A stretch of 64,000 nt of DNA from Iphione sp. A-MEVVRFRX5 (taxonomy: Eukaryota). Where the stretch lies: the NCBI GenBank assembly GCA_976226885.1, contig OZ320313.1, forward strand, positions 66,774,001 through 66,838,000, in the 5' to 3' direction. A program made the position numbers and the translations under genes. The first letter of the stretch is position 1. Each line of letters begins with the position of its first letter. The notes under the pieces are model-generated. The model had not been told where the DNA came from. It did not search any database and was given only the letters and a program-made list of their open reading frames with translations. This document shows, in pieces, positions 23,553-35,400 of the stretch.

Positions 23553-25415
23553 TATTGTCGTTCCCATCACTTCTTTATGTTTAATGCAGTACTCTCGTGT
23601 AGATTAGCGGTGACCTTTTCTCTTGTCTTTGCGATAATCTTTACAAAGATCTATATGTAAATGCACAGTATGTATATGACCTGTCATCAATACCATACCT
23701 CATGCCAACATTTGTATCGAAAAGCGAAAAATACAAAAATCAAGGACGGACATTTATGTAGTGACGACTGTGCCATCCGAAATGGTGTACAGTCAAAACT
23801 CTTATTTACTAACCACAACCCTGGTCATAGCATTTGGACGGAATAGCGAGAACAGTCAGAAATCGATTCGGGGGGGGGTCAAGGTAAGACATTAACTTCT
23901 TTTCTCCTTCTCTCTCTACTGAAGGGTAACAGCTGATGCCTTGGGCGGCTTCGGTTCCACTTCTGCCATTATTTGAGCAGGACTTTTAAAGGGTTATAGT
24001 TGATGCCTTAGGTTGAAAAGTGATATCAAAATAGACGAACCTAGCATTAATGGTCAGAGGCTGGAATCAGTTGGAAATTGATTTGGTATGAAATGGATCT
24101 ACATGTATTTGCATATTGGTTAATTCTAGACTATTCCTATACCAAGTTCAAGTGGCTTGTATTTCGACTTTGGTTGGAAATTGATGCAGTCAGAAATAGG
24201 ATTTTGACTGTATTTACATACATCAGAACATTCTTTGTTGTAACTGCCATAACTTGGCCAACAATTATGAAAACAAGCCTGTAGCACAGAGCATTTATAC
24301 CTGAGAGTATTGTCATGGGATACGTGGCGGATATTCCTATCACCAACCCCGTAGGGAGACATATTAAATGCTGGAAGTCAGAATCAACCGCCGTGCGATA
24401 TGTCTATTCCCCAGGGACTCTCCAGGGTAGAGATATCTAAGCTAGGGGAAATCTACGCTCATATTGTATCTACGTTGGATCAATAATCCTGCCGATCTTC
24501 CATCTCTTGAGTAAGCAGCAAATCAAGCAGGTCTGAATACACTGTATGCTTGCGTTATTACATATTTGGATTATTTGATACCCTAGATTTCCCTGTAGGC
24601 CAGCCATGGCACGAAATCTATCATAATTTATTTGATCAAAAAGCATTAATTGCTAACAACAAAAGGATCTAAAACTAACGTTCCTGGCGTTTATCTCTTG
24701 TTTAGGACCCATGTATTGACAGTGAAAGGCACTTTGGACCATGCATACTCACCCTAATCTAAGTCGTACAAAAAGTGGCCTAAGCGTCTTGCAGTCAAGC
24801 AGAACCGATGGATGGCCGCATAAGGTATGCTGATTCTAGTATACCATCGTGAACTTGACAGGCCGTGGATGTGGCAGCACCAGAGCGTTGGGTCAGGCAT
24901 ACTGATGTTCACCCTGGAGGGGACGGCAATGGATTACTGCGTCACTGTCTGATTATGTTAACCCTGCTCCGGCTCAGCAGCGAAGTGACATTTCACCTGC
25001 GTAGGTGACATTGTTAGTTTGCCGACATGACGTGGCATGGTTGATGAATGGGTATTTTAGCCATCGGTATGAGGACCCGAGATAAGATTTCCTTTCTTGT
25101 ATTGGTTTAGCTGAGGAATTCGACACTGTCAAAATCCTATTTCATATGACGTTCGCGTTCTGATTTTTATTCTAGATGCAAGAAAATATTACTACATTTA
25201 TTGAAGTAAATGGTAATGTTAGTTCTCATAGCCTCATTCAGGCGATAATTGTCTGAGACCAATGGCAGAAAACACCAATCACGACCCTATAACAGTTTGC
25301 TATGTCTTTTATGCTTTATATCGGGTGAAACATTGAGACCTAATTTGGAGTTGGCTAACTACATGTATTTAGTGTTAACTGGTGTCAGAAAACAGACTGG
25401 ATATTTAAAACCTTA

Positions 25416-25760
25416 GGCCCAAAAAATAGGTGTGTTTCTGGTAACCAACCCCTACCTAGTAAAACCTCACCCTACCTAAAAGTTTGTTGGCCCCAAAGAT
25501 TTTCCAAGGCTGATTTTCCTTAGATATGTGATTTCACGGCACATATTTTTGGTAAATTCAGTAGAAAAACAACATAATCCATGGAATTTCACCAAAAAAA
25601 CTGTAAAACTCATACAGATTGGTTAAAATTCCTGATATAGTCTTTATTAATATTGGAAACCAGAGAAAGAAATTGGGGAAAAAATCTAAAAAAAAAAGAT
25701 ACCCCCTCCCTACCTAGGTTTTTGGCTGGTCGTTACCAGAAACACACCTATTTTTTTGCC
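25416..25760. mobile_element. MITE with about 29-bp TIRs (Kolobok-like)
   Basis: GGCCCAAAAAATAGGTGTGTTTCTGGTAAC versus reverse complement GGCAAAAAAATAGGTGTGTTTCTGGTAAC; flanked by TTA on the left and TTAA on the right; internal CCCTACCTA repeats. Confidence 0.85.
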
Positions 25761-28546
25761 TTAACTCTTTTCTTATTTTAGGATGGCTAATATTTTCATA
25801 TGAGCAAAGGACCTTGTGCTCTTATGTTCTCTCAGCCTGTCGCGGCTAAAACCAGCAGGGACCCTAACATGAGAGTTAGAGTGGGAAATACGACCCTTCT
25901 AGCTTGCATTCACAGCGGCTAGCTCAAAAGCGGTGCCATTCTGTCAATCACATCTCTGTGGCATGAATGGAGACTGTTCGCTCTCTATCATCCTTGGGCT
26001 TGTGAGGATAAAATAGCCAGTGAACAAGATAGACTGGGTACTAAATACCCCTCTTGATAAAAGGTACTATCCATTAGTCGAAATAAAGTTTCTTCTTAAA
26101 GAACGGTATCTTCATTAAGTTATTTTCTTTCTGTTTTAACCTGCATGGCCCTTACGATGAGGTACAACTCGTGAATTGAATTCATTTTTCAAAGCCGCCT
26201 TTTCCAAATGGATTTCATCGAGCCAGCGGTGGTATTGATGAGCCTGGAGTGTTCTTTCATTCATCTACACCTCATAGGGGCGTGCCCGTGGATTCCCAGA
26301 TGATACCTCCGTCAACCCTTCTGAGCGTTTATTTTGAAAGGTCGTCATTTTTCTCAAAATACCGTCTTCTGTTTTGATACCCTCCTTTTATTCTCAGCCA
26401 AATGATGAATGGAGCCTGCAGTGAACGGGTTATACTGCGTCTAATGTATCCCGAAAGATGTGGTATGCTGTCATGAATGATAAATAACCACGTGCATGTA
26501 ACCAGACAGAACTGTTTTCTTGAGCGTGATGACATTCCTTCGTTTATAAGAGGTACCTATGCATCACCCCAATAGTGCGCCGCTTAATTGATTGAGTACA
26601 AAAACTAACATAATGAACTGGGTCTGCAACTTTATGATAACAAACACCGTATTGAGGAAGTGACATATAGAGAGATGATAACACTGATTTCCAGGGTAAG
26701 AAGGACAATCTGACAGTAGCTTTTGCTTTAGAAAAAAAGTAAGGGAACAACAATGAAAACAATGATCAAATCCCCTACTGAGAACCCCTAGCGTTGAGCT
26801 TTCAATAGAGAACAGCATGCTATTGCCCCATCTGCGAGCATTAGTCGCTACAGACTTGTTCATGGTACCCTTTTAAAGAAAGGCAAATGTCTGGAGGTCG
26901 AGGTCATCCATGGGCTTCCGACCAAGGTTATTGAAGGCCAAATTTCAAAAAGCAGAATGTATCGTAGCTTAGTTCTGATGATTTATTCTTACCTTTTGTC
27001 CATGAGGTATGCTCCTATGTAGCATTACCTCGTCCAAAATATAGCCTCTTTGAAAGGCTCATTCAGCAATAAGTACTTTGGAAGTGCCTTAATAAAAAAA
27101 AGTTAAAGTATAATTCATGAACAAATAAGCTTCGGGAATCGCGGAACAATGCTGGAGAAAAGTGGGGCCCGGGATTTTCATCTCATAAAGTATACTGTCT
27201 GTTGGAATGAACACATTTGGGTGTTTGAAGCTGTCACACTGTGTATAATACCGGGAAATACTGCCATTTATGGTGGGCGCACACTGACTATTAAAGGAAG
27301 GGAGAGATACGAAATACCAGCTTAGGCACATTGTCACTTCGACGACACCAGAAATTAATTCATATGACTGATGATGAATTACATTAGCATTCACAGTATG
27401 TTTCACCGTTTTTGTAGACTTTATTCCGTATAGTGGCTCAAGAAATTACATGTACATGTAGATACTTCTGAAAAGTAACAAAAACATTGGCTATTCCAAA
27501 TTCATCTGATGATAAATAGATGTATATAATATTCCGTTTATGTAAGGACTAAATGTATCCGAACCTATGTGCGTGGTTTACTTGGTTGCCGCTGTGTTAA
27601 AACAGGTGAAATATTTGGTAAAAGCAGTCGTGGACACCGTCCAAGCTGTTGAGACCATGGCAGCAAAGGGGCGTAGCTGCCCCGAATGATCGTTCTAGAT
27701 GGACTCGGCAAAAGAAACAAAGCCGTCGAGAGACTTCAGAACAATTCATCTTCATATTGTGTGTCCATGGCGCGCGGCCACTTAGCGAAGGCCATATGGT
27801 GGTGGGTGCCTCCGACTTAACCGTTGGCGCTGACGCTGACAACAGTGGGTGATGCCTCAGTAGAGATTCGGTGCCGCCATCTGGAAATATTCAATAGCAT
27901 TGGTGCAGGCTCTATGTCGCAGGGTCGGCTGGAGGTAAACCTAGTCAACAAAGGGAGGGGATTACATTAGATGCCGTGTTGATATAATCCGCGTTATCTT
28001 TCTTGTTTAGCCCACCTAGGAAAAGACCGGATAATACATGAACATGATGAGCTGCGGTGGTTCCTCCATTGGATCCAATCAAACTATGGTGCCGTCGGAA
28101 AGAACGCCCCTTGGACATGAAACCTTGACAGCGTCACAGACTCGATGCTCTAGGGAATAGAGTTTGGGATGGGGTGTGAGAGGGAGGACGGACAAGAAAG
28201 CGAGCGCCAGTGCGTGAGTCCACTTCATACACTAAGAATGGGGCCTAATCAGGTCCTACTTTTGTACGTGGGCTCTTATCATTGGCACAGAGGGGATACA
28301 GCACCTGCTTCTGGTTTCATCTGAATACTTTTTAGGTTGCATTTATGAGCATGTATAGCTTCACCGCAATATATCCGCCACCGCGGCAGATGCTTTATTT
28401 TGCATAAATTTCTACCCAAGAAATATTAATACTAAAATAGTGACGTCCTCTACGAATCATGTTACCGCAGTAGCAATAAGAGTAGCAATTGCATTTGTGC
28501 AGAAAAAAACTTTGACCTGGAACTTCCTAGCTCAGGTCAATCTAGG

Positions 28547-28556
28547 AGCCAATCAG
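28547..28556 (+). promoter_or_regulatory. Candidate CCAAT (NF-Y) box upstream of a CpG-rich segment
   Basis: AGCCAATCAG consensus match about 750 nt upstream of the putative TRPC start codon; motif evidence only. Confidence 0.25.
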
Positions 28557-29231
28557 AGGGATGATCTCCTGCCCCTGAGTGACTCTCGCCCGGGAGTTGT
28601 CCATTGAGCACTGCAGCTCAGCTCCCTTCCTTAACATAGCAGTACTGGCGCTGCTTTCAGAAGCGCCTGTGACGATAGTGGCGACAGTGGTGGCAGCAGC
28701 CGACGACGACCACAGCACAGGTTTTAACGGTCGAAGCGTGCCAACGGGCGGGCGGCAAGGCGGAAAAGGTTGGCGCGTGCAGCAGAGACACCAGCGTGGC
28801 CTCTTGTCAAGTAGCGGGCCACGACCGACAGAGGCTATTTTGCATGCTACGTTAGATTCCAGCTGACGCAGGCCATTGTATTAGAAGGAGCGGACAGGAC
28901 ACTAAGCCCATTGCGCAAGCTTGTAGGTACTTCCAGGAGAGCAGAGCCCCGTATATCTGCTGCAAGTGAAGCCGTCCGCGGCTGGATTATTGGGAGGCAT
29001 CTCCCTTCAACAACTAACATCAGAAGACGTACACCAATAAGGGACAGGGTACGAATTATGCCATTCGGATCAACACGTTAGGGTTAAAGTGCTTTAATAT
29101 GGTAATCGTAAGAATGGCCAGCACCATGCCTCATTGAGAGGTTTTCGCCTTTTCCACGCTACGCGTCCCTTTCTCGTAAGCCATAGGAAAGAAGTGGTTA
29201 CAGGAGCAAGCAGTTATGTTTCTCTACGTAG

Positions 29232-29303
29232 GATGGGGGCTGGCTGGCTGTGAGCTGCTCCCATTGCTGGAGCCGCTGAGGACGTGAGCGACTCGCCTTC
29301 ACC
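29232..29303 (+). other. TRPC: Putative spliced 5' UTR of TRPC containing a 6-codon uORF (29233-29253, MGAGWL*)
   Basis: Acceptor TTTCTCTACGTAG| at 29231; out-of-frame ATG at 29233; in-frame TGA at 29277 upstream of the main ATG. Confidence 0.45.
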
Positions 29304-29381
29304 ATGGAGGGAGCGGGCGCCCTGCATCGCAAGCATAGAAGGGAGTCTAAGGTGCTGGAGGAGATCGGTTACCATGGCAAG
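29304..29381 (+). CDS. TRPC: TRPC channel, probable first coding exon (MEGAGALHRKHRRESKVLEEIGYHGK)
   Basis: Kozak ACCATGG, upstream in-frame stop, donor AAG|GTATGT; phase 0, joins exon 39904 in frame. Peptide itself is not conserved enough to confirm. Confidence 0.62.
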
Positions 29382-31199
29382 GTATGTGGGCGAGCGACAC
29401 GTTCATGGCCACCTGTTTCAGCCTTCGGCATAGAGAAAGCGTCCAAACTATTAAGCCATTATTTCACCCCACCCAGAATCCTCATTGATTCCCTTCGTTA
29501 AGCCTCTAATAGATAGATTAGCCTCTTTTGGCGGAAAAAATTCAATACTTGTTTTTTTTTATAGCTGCATGGAAATTTGCTGGCTCCGATCCTTTATATT
29601 GAGCTATTAATATTTAGCGAATTTTCCTCTTCCTTATTCCATTTCTCTTTCTACACGGTGTCTCACTAAATAGGTCTTTAGCAAACATCCACAGTTGTAT
29701 TTTCTAGGTAAACGTTATACATATTACATAGGTGTTACCTCAGAAATTGTATGCCACGAATAAAGAAAACAGGGGATATGTGCAATGCTCGTCCGTACAG
29801 ATCAACCTAGAAGTAGAATCCCGGCACAAAAATATTGAATCGAAGCGTTAAAGTGTCATCTCACACTGGTGCATGTGAGTCGTAATAACACTGATTAACC
29901 ACTATGTGGAATTAGTGTTTCTTGTATGTAGTGGGTGGATATCAAGCCTGCCGTATCTAGCGACGAATTGAAGCCTCGCTCTGAAGCTTTAAGGGAGAGG
30001 AGCTAACAGTAATGTGACGGGTGACTGATAATAGGATATGTGGAAGACGGCTGAGGAAGCGAGGGCAATCACACTGGATTTAGCTAGCCTTCAGAATAGA
30101 CTGTGTATAATATTGAATATAAATAGGCATGGTCGCCGAGGGTATTTTTGAGACCATATCAGCTTGATTAGAAATGTCTGCGGTGTAAATATGTCATTCA
30201 GAAAACTAAATGGCATGCGACTTTGCATTTTACATTTTTGTATTCGTATAGACACTACTCGTATTTAGATGTAGAATTCCGTTTTCGTTTACCAAACGTT
30301 GATCCAGTACTTTCATTATTTACTTCGTAATAGAACCAATTGATGAAAGGATTTTATTAGCCTATAAAAAAATTAACTTGTATCAATCTCTTGCTTGCTT
30401 CCACTTTTGTCCCTCTCATGATAAATATATATGCATAATATTTTAGGATATGGTTTATTTACAGCACATCTGATGTGAAAAGTGTCATACCCTAATCATA
30501 GTTATCTAAAGTATTTATGAAACTTGTTTTTTGATAAATATCTGAGAAGATTTCGACACCGCGCCATCATTTTCCAATTCTCAACTCAATTTGAGCTAAC
30601 ACCAACTCATGCCATTGCCACCTGACACCTCCCTACATTAAGGCGTTTTTTTTTCACATAGTTGATGAGTAGATAGTTTTTCATATGTACATATACGTAT
30701 ATCATTTATTATCTTTATTAGCTGTTATCAAATAACGATCTTGATTTATTTAAAACTATAAATGTTTATTACTCCTTAAATTTATTACAACCTTTCTTTG
30801 TTGCTAATATTCCTTTTCAAATCTGGTATATATTTTACTTCTCTCTACTGGCTAATTTGTACGTGTAATGGTACTCTTTGAAAGACGTAAAATTGCAGAT
30901 TATGTGAATTTTGCCAGAAAGAGGAACAATTATTTTTAATAATACTAGAATTTACCCTCCGTTGAACACTACCGAACTCCTAAGAGGCGATTACCTGCAA
31001 TATATATCATACAATATAATATAATATATCGACACTCTATCTGTCTGCTTGCTATTTATGCATATGTCGGGTAACTTATTCCATATATGATTTCCTTGGT
31101 AAAATCACATATTTTCTTGTGTAAATTCAACTGAAGTCCTTTTGAATTTCAACTAACCACATAGTTTAGCTAGTGCTTGATTCATTATCCTTATTGCTT

Positions 31200-31800
31200 C
31201 TTACCTATGACAACGGTGTAATCATCAAACAATATATATTGAGCAATCTCTGTCACAGTACCAAGGGAGATCATCGATGTTTTTGCTAAATAACATAGGA
31301 CAACACAAAGCCTTGTGGTACCCCTTTTTCATAGCAATGTAGTCTGGCATCACACTGTTACCCTTTCTTCTTAGTGTGCTGTATGGCAGTTAGTTCTCTA
31401 ATGGTTTAATAATTTAATCAGCTACATGATACTTCTTGACTGTTTTGATCAATACTCTGTGATCAGCCGTATCAAAGGTTTTCTTCAAATCAAAGCAATA
31501 CGCATCTTTCTTTGTCGGCCACCTTGTCTTATATAATATCTATGACATCCATGCTTATGGTATCCCCTCCGCCTTTATGTACAGGGGTAATGGTTGTTCT
31601 TTTCAGGGTCTTTGGTATTTTGTGTGAGTTTGATGATTAATCTGGTTATATATTGATAATTACCTCCTTTTGTTTTTCAGCATTAAAATTGCTAGTGTGT
31701 AAAAGCATGTGGATTTCTGTAAGCCAAAAGATGAAACTATATACTGAACTATTTCTTCAGTCGTTTACTTGAGCACACATTTTGAATATGCATTGTTTGA
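31200..31800 (-). mobile_element. Degraded CR1/L2-type RT fragment in TRPC intron
   Basis: IPKTLKRTTITPVHKGG, CFDLKKTFDTADHRVLIK and ILFDDY, with stops and an internal deletion. Confidence 0.75.
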
Positions 31801-31949
31801 TACTTTGAGATTGATTACTTTACACTTTAAACACTTTATTCAGTTTCTCAACATTTGTTCACATCGTTGTCTTCCTGAACAACGGTTAGACGAACAATGT
31901 GCAAGAACTACTGTTTTTTACTGGTAAAATATTTACGGGCATTTCTCGT

Positions 31950-34900
31950 AAAGTTATGTAAGCTGCTACAGTTCTTCAGTGATGTCGGTAATGAGTTCCA
32001 TGTCTTTAAACCCATAAGGGAATGAGTCATGGAGTAATGACTTTTTGGGCCTTGGCATCAATAATGCTACAGATCTCCTTCGGCCTCCCTTCTGCCTGCA
32101 ACTATCCAAGGTACATCGATTGTGAATAACACAAGTTGCATTTAAGTCAGCTCGAGCTGACAAGGGCATTAGTTGAGCATCCTTCATCAGCATCCTCTTT
32201 GTAAATCTCTACCTAACTATCTCTTCCTACTAACCGTTTTAGGCATGAGAAGTAATCTCTCTCCAATACCTCCTTGCTCGTCTTAGAAGCACCTACCAGT
32301 AAGAATAAGGGATACTCAAACAAAGGATGTATAAACAATTTGAATAGCCTCATTTTATCTCTATACTGTAAAAGATAAGTCAATTTTGATAACTGGATAC
32401 TCCTAAATATAGCCTGATGTTGGATATTTTTGATTTGGGATACCCACTTTAACTGGTAATCTATTATATATCATAAAAGATTTGCCTTATCAATCTGTTC
32501 TGTCTCCTTTCCTTCCAGATGCAAATCCATGTCAAATTCATGAGATTTGCCAAAAAGGAGACATTGTGTCTTTTTTTCATTAATCTTTAGGCCATTAGGG
32601 CTAGCCCATCGGGCAATGTCCTTTAATCCCCATTGCAGTTTTAGTTGAAGGGCCAAGGCGTTCAATGCAGTACTGATTAGAGTTAGATCATCAGCATACA
32701 TAACAATTTTATTAACTACAATATTTTGAACTACACCATTAACCATCACATTAAACAGAAGGGGACCTAAGAGACTTCCCTGCGGTACCCCATATTTGAC
32801 ATTTACCTTATCAGATTTGAGTCCATTAACTTCAACATACTGTGATCTGTTATTCAGACAGCTGCTCATCCATTTAATTGTTACAGGACCCAACCCACTT
32901 GCAACTTATTTCCTCTAAAGAATATTGTGATCTACCACATTGATTGCTTGCACATATCAACTAAGACTATACCACGGTGTCTGCCCTGGTTGATTGATTT
33001 GTACACTTCCTTCAGGAGCAATCCAGGCGCCGTTGACGTTCCTTTGCATGGGATAAAGCCATGCTGCTCTTTTACAAAAATCATGTTTGATTATAGAAGG
33101 TCATCAGCTGGTCATACACTACTTTCTCCATTATTTTACCCAATATGTTCAGAATAGACACAGGTCTCTAGTTTGATTTGTCTGATCTCAGTCCCTTTTG
33201 GAAAATTGGGCAGATTCGTGCACATTTCCACATATCAAGAAAGAGCCCCCGAGAAATACACCTCTTCAAATAGTCACAAAATAAGTCCACATTAAGTAGT
33301 ATTAACTGCTTGATTACAAAAATTGGGATACCCCCAATCCCACTTGGCTTAGACTCCTTCAGGCTCGATACTATTTTGGTTAACTTTTTTGCTGTAACTG
33401 GAGCCAATGCATATCATGAGTCACAATCTCCAACTTCCTGAGTTAAGGTACCAAAGGATTCAGCTATCTTCTCTGCTTGGGAGACAAAGTGAGTGTTTAA
33501 TATATCACTAACATCCATATTTGGTACCATCTCCCCCCGTCCTTTAATTGCATGGTCGAATCTACAGAACCCCTCCTTAACACAGTTTTGTTTACAAAAT
33601 TCCAATAAGATTTACTAGATCTACACTGTGCAAGTTCAGCGGAATAATAATTTTGCTTCAGCTTTTTTACCAGGTAGTTGGCCTTCCACTTGTAGAAATT
33701 CCCTATTCTGTAATCATCAATATCACCATGCGGCCGATATTTTGCAAGAAAAATATCTCTTTTAGCCCAAAGTTCTGTCAGTTCGTTAGTCACCCATGGA
33801 CTTTTTCTACGCTCTCTTACCCTCTTCTCTGGACACATATTGAACAGATTTCCTTCAACAACTCCTCACAAGAATGCCATGCACACTCTAGATCCATCTC
33901 CTCATTTGCCAAATCCAATAGAGTGGGTCAAAATGTTTGGTTCAGCTGCAAGAGATCACACTTAGACCATTGGCGCTTCATTGTAAAATGTTTTGGTACA
34001 CCTTTTTTACGGGAATTTTTATCAATCATGAATGTGGGTAGATGATCACATCAGAACCAATTAATCACTCCTTTTGAATTCATATATCTCAAATTTGTTA
34101 AAATCAAATCAAGGACAGAACTGACTGTTTCTGTGTGGTAAGTGGAAGTGTCAATCAATTGTCTTAGTCCAAAAGAGGCCATTAAATTTTCCAAATGCAT
34201 CTTGTTGTTAGTATCTGAGTTCCAATTTATATTAAAGTCGCCTGCCAATAACACTTCAGTTTTGTTGTGATTGATATTACTTAAGACAGTTTTAAGGTAA
34301 GTCACACAATCTAGAAACTGCCCACCTGGTGGCTGATATACCACCCCTATATGTAGGGGCTTTCTAAATTTATGAATAAGAGTTATCCACAGTGCTTCTG
34401 TCAATCCATCAGACACCGAGGGCAACTCACATTCTTTAATGCTCCATTGATTATGTATATAAAATAGGATCCCAACCCCCTTTGTTTTTAGACCTAGTGC
34501 CCCTGTCTAGCCTCCCTGTTCTATACCCTATTTATCTCAGTCTGGAACTCACTTTTTAATGAACCCATATCAGTTTCAAGTGCATTCAGTTTGGAATGAA
34601 TGGCTGCCATCTCATCTGTATATTGTGTCTTGGCTCGCTGAGACTTTTTAAACACACACTGCTTGGCTAATAATTTTTTTCTGGTTATCAAACACAACCT
34701 CAAACAGTTAGGTAGGAGAAAGGGCACATACCTCATCCCTTACTGGAAATGTCAGTCCATATGATGCTAGCAGTGTCTTATCTAGCGGTTTGTCTCCTGG
34801 TGTCACCGGTAGCACCGGTGTCCCTGCGTTGTCATTGCTTGGGGTGAATGATAATATCATGGACCGATGGGTTTGAGCCACAGTCCCATCCGGTCATCGC

Positions 34901-35400
34901 AGGTCCGGCACTTTCTTGGCTAATTCCTCACCAGTTTCACCCTTTTCCTGATGGATTTGGAGTAGAAGAGGTCTTGCCCAACTTTGTTCCTTTACTTGGT
35001 GGCATTTTAGAGCAGGTTTGTACAAAATAAACCTAATATGTGAGGGGAAATGAGAGAGTAGCAGGAAACGACTGTTCTAGTTTTTCACTAATTTCAGCAA
35101 AACATATTTTCCATTTGTTGGCCGTTGTTCATATACTTGTTAGACATGATATTCCCTGTTAGGTCTTGCAGGTTAGAACTTATATTTATCTCTCTGTTTG
35201 CATTCTCTGAAACCATTAAAAATTACCCAGGGATCTTTTTTATATTTTTAATGAATTCGCCCTGTATGCACCCTTTGTTTTTTATTAATTTAATAATTTT
35301 CTGTATTGATTCGTTTCTGTATTGATTCGTTTGATTATTCTTTGCATTTGCCCAGTCAGTGTTACGTCTTAATTTGTTGTATCTTTTTGAAGCGTTGATG
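31950..35400 (-). mobile_element. Degenerate, near full-length CR1/L2-type LINE (probable ORF1 remnant + APE + RT + C-terminus)
   Basis: RLDR..KGVGILFYI, GVVYQPP, AGDFNIN, VLDLILTN, KSPWVT, WKCARICPIFQKG, RPVSILNILGKIMEK, EQHGF, GVPQGSLLGPLLF, MYADD, LMPRPKK...SFPYG; many frameshifts. 5' limit approximate. Confidence 0.9.
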
